The position numbers and the translations under genes were made by a program. A DNA stretch of 45,748 nucleotides from Diploschistes diacapsis. Taxonomy: Eukaryota. Numbering within the stretch: the stretch's first letter is position 1; every line of letters starts with the position of its first letter. Under the pieces are notes generated by a model. That model had not been told where the DNA came from. It did not search any database and was given only the letters and a program-made list of their open reading frames with translations. Shown here one piece after another: positions 35,734 to 45,748 of this stretch. The DNA lies in NCBI GenBank assembly GCA_023645945.1, contig JALAIB010000025.1, positions 1 to 45,748 on the forward strand, written 5' to 3'.

Positions 35734-36541
35734 TGGCTAATCATCAAGTTGTCTCTTTCAGCAAACCCCCTTTACTTCACGCTAGATAGTTTCATAGCAT
35801 TTAGACCGACAGCCTCGACAACATTGTTTACACCATGGAGGTTCAGATGCTTCAATGCAATCTGGATTGTACCTGGTGGCTTGACATCTATATTTACGCA
35901 ATGAAGTTCTTCTTAACGGCAGCACCGTAGCACCATTTAGAAAATTTCCGCGCATAGGTAGGCGGACTGATAACCATCTGGCTTTGGTAAGATACGGTCT
36001 TCTCGGCTTTCGACTGCACCTGATTGTCTGTCTTAGAGGCACGCTTCACGTAAGCTTGCGACACCCTATGAAAACTAAGTGAAGGATTCCCGGGGGCCTA
36101 AAGTACGCCGAACAATTCTTCCGTATCCGACCTTTGAAGCCCGTGAAGGCGATGATAACCGATTACGCAAACTCTTATTCCTCGAGATCAGGTCAGCGGC
36201 TCCGCCGAGCGTGTTGCGTCGTAGCGGTATCGGATACTAGATCATCATAACGCGCATAGTACTAGGCCGAAAGATGGTATGGTAGCACCAGCAGTTTGTT
36301 TGAGAAAGTAAATGGTGCTCAAAAAGAGTCGTCGGCAATAACGCGGCAGAAACATGTGAGCCCCTCCATGACGAAGGCTGGAGCGTGGAAAGGAAAGGAA
36401 GGGACTGAAGTCATAATATAAGATAGGAATGACTTACTTCCCTTGAATCCCTTTACCAAATGTCTGGCCAGCAATAAGTCTTCGATACTCTGTCCACACA
36501 CCCATTGTACATCCCCAACTTCACAGAACTCACCAGCGAAA

Positions 36542-37796
36542 ATGGCAGACAATTACGACTTCGTAGGTTGGGTCGCTCAAGATCCGTCTGCTGCCGGTGG
36601 GTTCATCGATAAGGCAGCTTAACATAACGCTGACCACATGAACAGATTGGAAGATGAAGTAGGAGAACTTCGAGCCCAAACCATTCGGAGAAGACGACGT
36701 CGACATCAAGGTCGAGTGCTACGGCATCTGTGGCTCCGATCTGCACATCCTTTGCTCTGGATGGTTCGAAACTCCATACCCGATGGTTGTTGGCCACGAG
36801 ATTGTCGGGAAAGCGGTTAGAGTTGGCAAAAACGTGAAGCACGTCAAGTAAGACTCTCTGTTTCGGTGAACGTGGCGAGCTGCTGACGTTGAGGAAGGGT
36901 CGGAGACCGTATCGGTGTTGGTGCTCAGTCGCGATCGTGCTTGAAATCCGACTGTTGCGAGTGCTCTAACGGATATGAGCACCACTGCCAACAGCCAGGA
37001 CATGCAGACACGTTCGGCTCCGTATTACCCGATTAGAGCAAAACATTTGATGAATATGCCTACTTCTTGTGGAAACCGCTAGGCTAAAGGAAGCGCAGGT
37101 GGCTATGCAGATTAATACAGAATCCAGGGTCATTGGGCAATCCACTCGAACGAAGCCGCGCCTATGCTTTGTGGAGGTATTACATCATATTCTCCGTTAA
37201 GGAATAACGGCTGTGGACCAGGTAAGAAAGTTGGTATTGTTGGCATCGGCGGATCAGGTCACTTTGGTGTCCTCTTTGCAAAGCTCCTTGGTGCCGACGA
37301 AGTTGCGGCTATCAGCCGCACAAGTGCGAAGAAAGACGACGTAATGAAGATGGGGCCCAGTGGCTTCATCGCTACCGACGAAGATAAAGACTAGGCATCT
37401 AAGCATGCGCAATCGCTGGACTTGATTGTCAGCACAGTCTCTTCACCAAACATGCCACTCGAAGAATACCTGCAGCTTCTGCGGTTCCGAGGCACCTTGA
37501 TTCAAGTTCGCGCCCCTGAGTAAGTAAAGCACACCGTTCTAGCTACGTTATGCTCATTATTTCAGGGGATAAAATTCCCGGCTTCCCGGCCTTCGCCTTG
37601 ATCGATACCAAGATCAAGATTGGGGGTTCGCAAACCGGTGCGTGGCGGAAATCAAGGAAATGTTGGATCTTGTAGCCATGCACAAGACGAAAGCATGGAT
37701 CAAAACGCCAATGACTGAAGCCAACAAGGCTATTATCGACATGGCCGGTATTGTTATGTGTTCGTCAACGAGAAAAATGGGAGAAATTTGCAGTGA
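36542..37796 (+). pseudogene. NADP-dependent zinc alcohol dehydrogenase (ADH6/cinnamyl alcohol dehydrogenase-like) pseudogene
   Basis: MADNYDFVGW, DVDIK..YGICGSDLH, VVGHEIVG, GVGAQS, APMLCGGITSYSPL and VGIVGIGGSGHFG. In-frame TAG at 36660-36662 and 37392-37394 (both at expected Trp positions), plus frameshifts/deletions. Confidence 0.85.
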
Positions 37797-38200
37797 ATGC
37801 TCAATGAATGAAAGAAGAGCAGGGTCGGATTAAGGTTATAGAGTTGGTAGATAGAGAAATAGTCTGGCATCTATCTAATGTTTATTAAATGATATAAGGG
37901 ACACGAAAGGTCGATGACGTGCATTCCAGTCGGGTCGTTGTGAAGGGTAGTCCTATTAGCTTCAGTGTCGTCTGTCTCCACGAATATATCTTGAGTTTCA
38001 CAGAATCTCATGGTGGTAAAAAGAAAGGAATACGCTGATGTAAACAGTAGCGCTTTAACTCCAAGTATCGGATGAAGCATTCAACACTTTGACAGCTACT
38101 GCAACGTCCAACTGTGAACATAGGCGGATGAAAGTGTATGACGGTGCAGCATTTCGACAATGAAGCTGGATAGATTTTGTAAAGTAACGAAGTACATAAG

Positions 38201-39091
38201 ATGTCTAAGCCTCAGCTCCTGAGGCAGAGTTGCTGCCATAACCGGGCGCTTTGACAGGTATTGGGCGTGCCATTGCCATCGGATACCTCGAGTATGCGGC
38301 CAAAGTTACTATCGATTACCTTGGAACCGGGTAGGATTAATCATTTCTGTCAGAGCCAAAGAATGATGTTTTAGGTACAGAAATAGACTTCATGGCTTTA
38401 CCTGGGAATATGACCTTGTCGGCGACAGACCAGCAGCTTGTCGGAGCGGCTGTTCGAAAATGGGGTCGGTTGGATGCTTTTTTCAGGAACACCGGCATTT
38501 GTCAGTTCGCTATTTCCGGACACAAGTCCTGGTATCTACAGAACTTGTCAGTGCCCTACTCATCGGCTACCGGCAGCCTTGATCTGGCCCTCTTCTCTTC
38601 AACCGTCCGTAAAACCCTTAATAGAGCTTTCTTCGCAACGTAAGCCGCCGCCATCCAAATGGCCTCACAGACGAGTCAAGTCGGATCCATTATCGCCGTG
38701 TCTAGTATAAGCGCCCTTGTTGGGGAGCAGGCCAAACTCATTACACACCCATGAAAGCTGGTGTGCCGAGTCTGATGCAAAGCTGCCCCTGCGCGATGGG
38801 CAAATATAACATTGGGTGCAATGCTCTTCTGCCTGAAACGATCCGGACGCAGCTCAACGAAGAAGATCTGAAGGATGAGCAGAAGAAAGCCTATATGGAC
38901 AGGGGAATACCGTGTGGCAGAACTGGATTGCCAATTGACATGGTAGGGCCCGCTGTGTTTCTAATAAGCGATATGAGTGCATATATGGTACGTCAAATTG
39001 TCAGACCGGTAGCCATTGACACTGGTCCAAGTAGAGTGGGTCCCAGATGCTTGTCGACGGTGAACTTTGTTGTAAACCTGCTTGCAGATGA
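38201..39091 (+). pseudogene. LRA1: L-rhamnose 1-dehydrogenase (SDR) pseudogene
   Basis: Fragments RVAAITG/LTGIGRAIA, WGRLDAF..GICQF, SSISALVG, HYTPMKAGV.SLMQS, CNALLPETIRTQLNEEDL, IP.GRTG and GPAVFL.SD. Several frameshifts and TAA at 38641-38643. Confidence 0.82.
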
Positions 39092-39604
39092 AAAGAACGT
39101 CAAGCCCGCAGTTGTAGTGCGGAAGTATAATATAAGAAGAAATTGAAGTCAAGATGCTAAAGCTCAAGATTAGTCAGCTCAGCTTCCAAAATCTCTTGGC
39201 ATAGCTGAAACTACGCGCACAAGGACGCCCAGAACATCAGGTTCATAGAATTTACTAATTATTCATCGCATCACGCACAAACTACTTCAAGGATATCAAG
39301 AAACCGTGGCCTCAAGATACTAGGCTTTGGGGGTTCTAGCTTTCTATACGGTGTACCTACATATCTTTCGCCAAGAGGATTTCTCCAACCAGTAGCCGGG
39401 CAAACGCTGGAAGCTTGATGATTGAAGCATAACGTTCAGTATAACTTCATAGCCACGAAGTTTGGGAAGCGGGACGTCCTGGCCGCTGTATAGACTGCAT
39501 AATCCCTTGTTAGGGTGAACCCGTCCTGCACCTCGAAACTCGTCCAGTACGGGCGGCTCACGATCGCCAAAGCCGATTCCACACGATATTTGCGTCACGT
39601 CACA

Positions 39605-41835
39605 ATGCCTCCATTAGGAAGCAAAGGAAAGGGGAAAATAAAAGATCACCGACAATCTCGGAGTCGGAACTCAACTCCAAGCTCTGTGATCAGCGCTCCG
39701 ACGAGTGCAACAGCCATCAGCTCCGATGCAACAGCGTACCTGAAGTTACCCATCAGTTCTTTGATGGTCCCAAATAACCTCTTATACGATGATATAGTGG
39801 ACCGAAATGGAGGCAATGGCGGTATCCCCAATCCAAGGCATCTGGAGGCCCTGACAAGCAGCTTGCGTACTCTCAGCCAGCTCGCGAACACGCGGGAACA
39901 AGAGTGTGATAAAGCCATGCGAGAGCTTGTCGGAAGGCGGAAGCAAGTCATTGAAGAAGAAAGAGACAGAGAGCGGGAGACACGAGAGGCGGAAGAAAGA
40001 GCAAACCTCAAGCGTTACGCCGAGGACGAGGAAGTTGATGGCGTACAAAAAGTAGCAAAACTCAAGAGAAAAAAAGATCTAAGCAGAATCAAGGGAGAGA
40101 GACCTTTAGCTCATGGAGCTCACGGACTAGCTCGACAAGATGGATCAGATGGTACACCGAAAGGTAAGTCGATTCGTAAACATTTCTTAACATTGTTATC
40201 TCTATCAGTGTGAAGCTGCCCCCTAGTGTCCCTACTCCACCACCGAAGAGTCTTCCACAAAGGAGCCATTCATTCTTTCTCCGGACTGGTGGCCTGAGCT
40301 TCACATGTAGTTGCAAATTGATACAGGGCCTAACATGCTCAACTAGTCAAAGCATCTCCATCCCCTGCCAAGAGAAAGCGCTCGACTGGCTCAGGTAGCT
40401 CTTCATCATTGTCACCTCCCTCACAAGTTCAGTCTCCAGCACTCGCGGATCAGAAACCATCCGCATCCAAGCGAAACTCTCCTGCACCGTCTGCTAGTTC
40501 CGATGAGTCGCACCAACCCCCACCGGCTGCCAGCATACCTCAATACCAGACATTTGGCGCTAATCCCTTGACGTTTGACGATCCCACAGTATACCATGTA
40601 CGAGAGGTCACCAGTGACATGGACGATGAAGAAAAAAAGGAGATCTACTCTGTCACAACCTTCCCTCACAGTGATCTCCGGGATCTGATAGCGGGGACCA
40701 TCCCCGACAAGGATTTCAGCAATGCCAAGCCTACTAACCAGGTCAACGCCAACACCTTTGCTACTTACCTAGAGCCTTATTTCCGTCAATTGACTGACGA
40801 AGATCTGACCTGGCTTAGAGAGAGGGTAAGTCTCCTCAGTTGTGGCTGAGCTGTGCGCTGATCGTCCAGGGTGACCAAGTCACTCCCTTCATGATGCCTC
40901 GACGGGGAAACAAGAGCTACCAGCAAATATGGGCAGAGGAAGACGGTATCGTCACGTCTGACGCACAGAGTCGGGACAAGCTTCCTCCAAATCAAGCTCG
41001 AGGTAGCATTGAGCTGATGGATGACCAGGCGGCCGAGTCCGAGGACATATCAACAGGTTCCATCACCGCTCGACTAATGAACGCAATGCGGCTAGAGAAC
41101 CGGCCCGAGGAGAAGGAGAAGGAGAAGACGAACAGCGTTGTCAATGGCGAAGGGAGCGAGTCTTTCAATGGTGATTTCAGTGAGATGAACGGGGAGACCA
41201 ACAGCGATGAGCGTCCGTCCGCCAGTTTCTTTCCGGATTCGAATGCGCCCATGTGGAAGGCCGCTACGGCGAAGCAAGACTATGCTCAGATAGACGAACG
41301 TCTCAAGCTGGAGCTGCGCCACATGGGTTTCCTCGGCCTGGAGGACGAACCGGACTTTGATGCTCATTATGACGACGATACAGCGCAGCGCTTGCGGTCC
41401 ATGCAGTCCGAACTTCGGAAACAGATGATCGTCAATGGGTCACGCAAGGCGAGGCTCCTCTCGATTGCCGAAGAACAAATGGGATACCAGGAATTCACGA
41501 CCATCCGAGACGATCTCGACACCCAAGTCAATCAAGCGTTTTCGAAGCGCAACCGGCTGACGAGCAAGGGCAAGAAGAACGTCAAACGTCCCAGCGCAGC
41601 GGGCGGACTGTTGGGCGGCGCAGGGATGTCGCGACCGGGCATTGGCGACATGGCACGCACCTTGATGGATAGGCGACGGCGGTGGAAGTCGACGATCGAG
41701 CCAGTATTCAGCGACGATGTTACAAAGGTCCGTACCGCTGGAGAGTCCATCTTCAGGAACGAGGACATGGGCCCGTTCGTGGCGGCGGAGAAGGACAGGT
41801 TGGAAGAGGAGCTGCAACTGAGCGGACTTGGTTGA
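39605..41835 (+). CDS. NGG1: SAGA/ADA histone acetyltransferase complex subunit Ada3/Ngg1
   Basis: Exons 39605-40163, 40347-40825 and 40870-41835. Motifs: RQSRSRNSTPSS, RPLAHGAHGLARQDG, FDDPTVYH, DKDFSNAKPTNQV, IDERLKLELRHMG and QEFTTIRDDLDTQVNQAF. Confidence 0.9.
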
Positions 41836-42822
41836 GGCTCTCGTTGTTCGGTATTGTTATCCACCCACAATGGGTAGTGGATAACACTACATGAATTTTG
41901 GTATGGACGGACCTGAGGGACAGCCAGCAACTGGAGACAAGCGTGGGAGGGCGCCAAGCGTTTATTGATGCTAGGCATACTCTGCTATTATTGGGTCCAT
42001 AGAGAGACGAGAAGAATTAGATGTATTATTATTTTGCTAGGATGCACAACGCGTGCGCTGGTGTATCTACCATAATGTTGATTACATAGCAAACAATGCT
42101 ACATTGTCGTTGATACAGCATACTTCCAAAGGCATTTCGAAGCCAACCCCTACGGTATCCCATAAACCTCTCAGAATCTTCCATCACGCTTCCACTAGCA
42201 GGTCGAAGGCTCCAAGACACAATCCAAAAATGTTACCTTCCTTTGGCCCAAAGAAGCGCTCTTGGCCGGTTCCCAAGCATTTGGCTCGATCTCACGGTAA
42301 TCGAATCGTGATTAGCCTGCTGTTGAGTTTCACCGGATCGACGCTTGGCCCTGGCTAGCGGGTCAAAAGTCCCCCTTGTGCGTGTCCCGTCTCTGGCACT
42401 CTTTCTCATCATCGTCATGGATGGGAACGATGATTTGCTGCTTGTTTGAATGAAGTCTGGTTAGATCATGGAAGCGATGGCTCACTGCTCACTGCTGCTC
42501 CATTGCTGACCGAGCCTCTTGCCAGTTGCCCGATCTCAAGTGTTTCCCATCCGCATCCCTTTTCGGTCCACAACTCACCCAAGCGTACACTTACTAGCTA
42601 TTTCCAGTCCACCATTGCATGGCTACGACCCCATTGCATGCAGCCACACCATGGCCGGCTCAGTATGTTTTCGCCTTACCTCGTCTCTCTGTTTTACTAT
42701 ACTAACCCCCACCTTCTTCAGCACATCGCAGTTACGCAAAATATCCTCAATTGCAGCTGAACATCATCTTTTCGGCTCCATTTCCTCCATCTCCAGCTCC
42801 ATGAGCTGGCCGCATTTGGAGC

Positions 42823-43920
42823 ATGAGTCGCGGCACTGCAACCAACGTTTTTGCCAATGGCGGCAACACGCGCCTTTCCATTATCGCTGAAGACGAGAAC
42901 CAGGCGCCCCCTAGCGTATCAAATCCGAAGCTGTTTTCGACAGCAAATCGGTCGCACAACAGAAGGTGGAGTGACCAGCCGCCGCGACACAGCTTCGAGG
43001 CGCCTCCGCCCAAATATGACCTCTGTGACGGCACCCAGCAGCCGCGGAAGCGCAAATTCTTCGGCCTGTTAAACAGCCCACAGTTCACGAAACGAGGCGG
43101 GTGGAGGAGATTTACAATCCTTGTACTCGTCTTGATTGCAGTCATAGTGGGACTAGGTGTCGGCCTCGGCGTCGGCCTATCGCACCGAAACAACAGGTGC
43201 CGTCACCTTTTCCCTCCCTACCCCTAAACGAGCCCGGCCAGTCTTGCTAACGCCCACAGCTCCTCCTCTTCTCCATCGCCATCACCGCCATCATCACCCC
43301 TCCCCTTCCCCCTGGGCTCGTACGCCATTCCCGCCTACCTCGGCAGCGTCGACACCTCGTGCACCTCCAACTCCGAAACCTTCTCCTGCTTCCCCGGCCC
43401 AACCTACAACACCTCCGGCACCGGGTCCATGGTGACCTTCGACTGGATCATCTCCTCCCCAACAAACGATACCACCTCCAACCTCTCCATCTCCTCCTCG
43501 ACCGACCCCTTCGCCAACAGCTTCGCCTCGGTGCCCCTCACCCTCAAAAACAAGGGCCAGGACGACGAAGGCTACTCGTTCGTGGTGCCACTGCAGAAGG
43601 TCGTCGCGCCGAACGGCAGCATTAGCCCTGACGGCGCAGCGGCGCAGTGCTACTACAACAACACGGATTTCCAGGCGATACTGTACACCAAGAAGCCGTA
43701 CCAGAACGTCCCGGGCGCGAGCGACAACGGAGCGCAGGGCGGCCACTGGAAGGTCTGGCCGTACGCGGTCAACGTGACGCAGAGCATCCAGGGAGGGAAG
43801 GGCGTGCCGGAGTGTTTCGAGCTGACGAAGAGCGGGACCGGGACCGAGATCCCGGGGCCGACGCCGCAACCCGCGAGCGCGCGGTGCGAGTGCAGTTGGC
43901 TGAACTACGACCTTTCGTAG
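42823..43920 (+). CDS. Single-pass (type II) membrane protein with Cys-containing extracellular domain; conserved fungal family of unknown function
   Basis: Exons 42823-43196 and 43260-43920. TM segment FTILVLVLIAVIVGLGVGLGVGL after RGGWRR, then PFPLGSY, CTSN..FSCFP, QCYYN, WPYAV, PECF and CECSWLNY. The start could lie further upstream. Confidence 0.75.
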
Positions 43921-44476
43921 GGAAGGGGGGTGGTTTGATTAGGTCGGGTTTGGTTTGGGTTTTTGGAGTCGGCGTCATGTGCTGGGTTTCCGGGCTGGGG
44001 ACGGAACGAGATGATGGTGTCCGGGTGCAGCAGGGCAGCAAAACGTATCAATGATACGAAGTCACCGCATTTTTTCGAACGGAGCACGCGAAGTCTCGGG
44101 CGCGCCTTCCGAGTATCTCTATCCGACAACCTGAATCCAGACAGGCGGAGAAAGAACTGGACAGCCGGTCGGGGAACAACTATGTACGCCGGACGAGCGT
44201 CCACAAGCAAGCCCAACGGAAGATACGCAACGACCCAAAGCAGCTACGGGGGGAGGGGGGCGAAAGAAGGGCGACGAAGACATGCAGTCTGTTTTTCCCC
44301 CCCCCAACGTGTTAAGTTGCGTCGTTGCGTCGCGGGCCATCCATCTCTATTTTTATCCGCTGTTCCTGGTATCCAACTGCATGGCAACTGGAAAGCGTTC
44401 CGTGGTCAGGCAAGGCAAAGCGAAAGCGAAAGGCAAGATGGCGCTTGGATTCATGTGTAATTACGATGTGCAATAC

Positions 44477-44511
<35 letters not shown>

Positions 44512-44517
44512 CGTGTG
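44477..44517. repeat. Compound (CT)n(GT)n microsatellite
   Basis: ctctctctctctctctctgtgtgtgtgtgtgtgtgcgtgtg. Confidence 0.85.
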
Positions 44518-44777
44518 TACTTGGTGTTCGAATCGGCTGTCCATATCCACAGTCCCATGCTCAATTGGCGATAGTCGATGATAATCGACAGTCCACACGC
44601 ACGTGCGCACACTTCCCTCTATGTGTAGATGTGCATACATGGGACATGTACATGTAAATAAGCAAAAGGGGCCCCGTACTCGATTCCCAGCTGCATAACT
44701 CACAAACTCGGTTTGGCGCGCGCGGAACTTGCACGGGCACGCAACACGGGGGCAGAACGAGCAAAGCAGCACAGCGA

Positions 44778-44797
44778 CAACAACAACAACAACAACG
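44778..44797. repeat. (CAA)n microsatellite
   Basis: caacaacaacaacaacaac in non-coding sequence. Confidence 0.75.
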
Positions 44798-45682
44798 AGA
44801 CGCAGCGATAGATATGAGCGGCGGGAGGGTTATTTTTTTTTTCCCCCCCCTCTCTTTCATCTGCGTGGATGGAGACTAGCCCTCGCAAACTAACTAACTC
44901 GTTCCAGGCCCCCGATATCCGTACCCATCATGCCTATATGCCCATGCCTCCCGAGTTAAGTAAAAGCCTGCGCCGTCAGCGCCATCAGCGTCCGCAAATA
45001 TCCCCCCCCCCTTTCCTCTATCGGTGCGCCTGGCCTGGCCCGGCCCTGGGCATGAGGATCCAAATAAATAACCCCCCCCCCAATGTGCCCTTGCTATAGC
45101 GCCGGTCGGGTAAGAAGGTTGTGAAAACGGAAGCGTGAGATCAAGGTGCTGTCGATGAGCTGGTGGGACAGCTCCGGTGGGAAACGACGCCGGAAGTAGA
45201 AAACGCCTGCCTGACTCCCTGCCCTGCCTGCCCGGCCGAGTGGTATCATGTTGTGTGCTGAATGGGGGTATGAGCGAAGGTGCTTGGGGGGAAAAAAAAA
45301 GGAAGGAGAAGAAGAGCAAGGGGAAAGGAAGGAAGGAAGGAAGAAGCAAATTCTGTGCCGGAACGCCGCGTGCTGAATCGAGTCAAGTCGTTTGTGTTGG
45401 GTCGTGTATGTATGTCTTGTACCGTAAGCCGTAAAGGGGAGGGAAGTGAAAGTTAGCGAGGTGGCTGCAGCGTCGGCCTCTGCGCTGTGGGGGCAGAAGA
45501 ATTAGAGATTGAGTTCTGGGCGAATGAAGTGGCCGTGCGTGGCTATGGCATGTAGAGCAACGCATCCCGAGGTCGAGAGCCGGTGGAGGGAGTGCACTCG
45601 ACACGGAAAATGCGTAGTACCCGGGAACCATACGAACAGCAGGCACCGCACGGCAACTCGCAGCTCCAAAGACCGACAGCGA

Positions 45683-45711
45683 CCCCCTCCGTAACCCCTC
45701 CGTAACCCCCC
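45683..45711. repeat. Short tandem repeat (CCCCTCCGTAA)x2-3
   Basis: ccccctccgtaacccctccgtaacccccc. Confidence 0.55.
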
Positions 45712-45748
45712 CGCTCAAGCCTTCCCCACGCACATCCCCCTCTTGACC

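Noticed and set aside
34873..37394. TAG at Trp positions as A-to-I editing-corrected stop codons
   Set aside because: The same genes also carry frameshifts, deletions and damaged conserved motifs that editing could not repair.
43930..45748. ORFs in the right-hand end of the window
   Set aside because: They derive from microsatellites and homopolymer-rich intergenic or promoter sequence.

Overview
Intron-containing genomic DNA from a filamentous ascomycete (Pezizomycotina). GT..AG introns carry CTRAC/CTAAC branch points. A lichen-forming fungus is plausible but not provable from this window. From left to right: an AT-rich degenerate microsatellite; a 210-bp TIR mini-transposon; a 6-exon gene for a ~560-aa secreted, Kex2/Ste13-processed repeat polyprotein; an FAD monooxygenase; an intronless UbiA prenyltransferase; a PTH11-like membrane protein; a Zn2Cys6 factor; the molybdopterin synthase small subunit; a class III GH18 chitinase; a GFA-family pseudogene; the divergent mitochondrial pair cyt-4/DSS1 and TOM6; a second Zn2Cys6 factor; a decayed L-rhamnose catabolic cluster (LRA3, an ADH6-like gene and LRA1, all pseudogenes); NGG1/ADA3; and a single-pass membrane protein. 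The most striking element is the polyprotein at 1125-3088. It is predicted to release about six Gly/Asn/Gln-rich, mostly cationic peptides, five of which share a gapless 39-aa core. An 18-residue part of that core lines up in register with the HET-s prion-domain repeat (N-S-A/V-K...I-Q-M-G-N), suggesting a secreted functional-amyloid or peptide system. All protein identifications are from motif recognition, not database searches.
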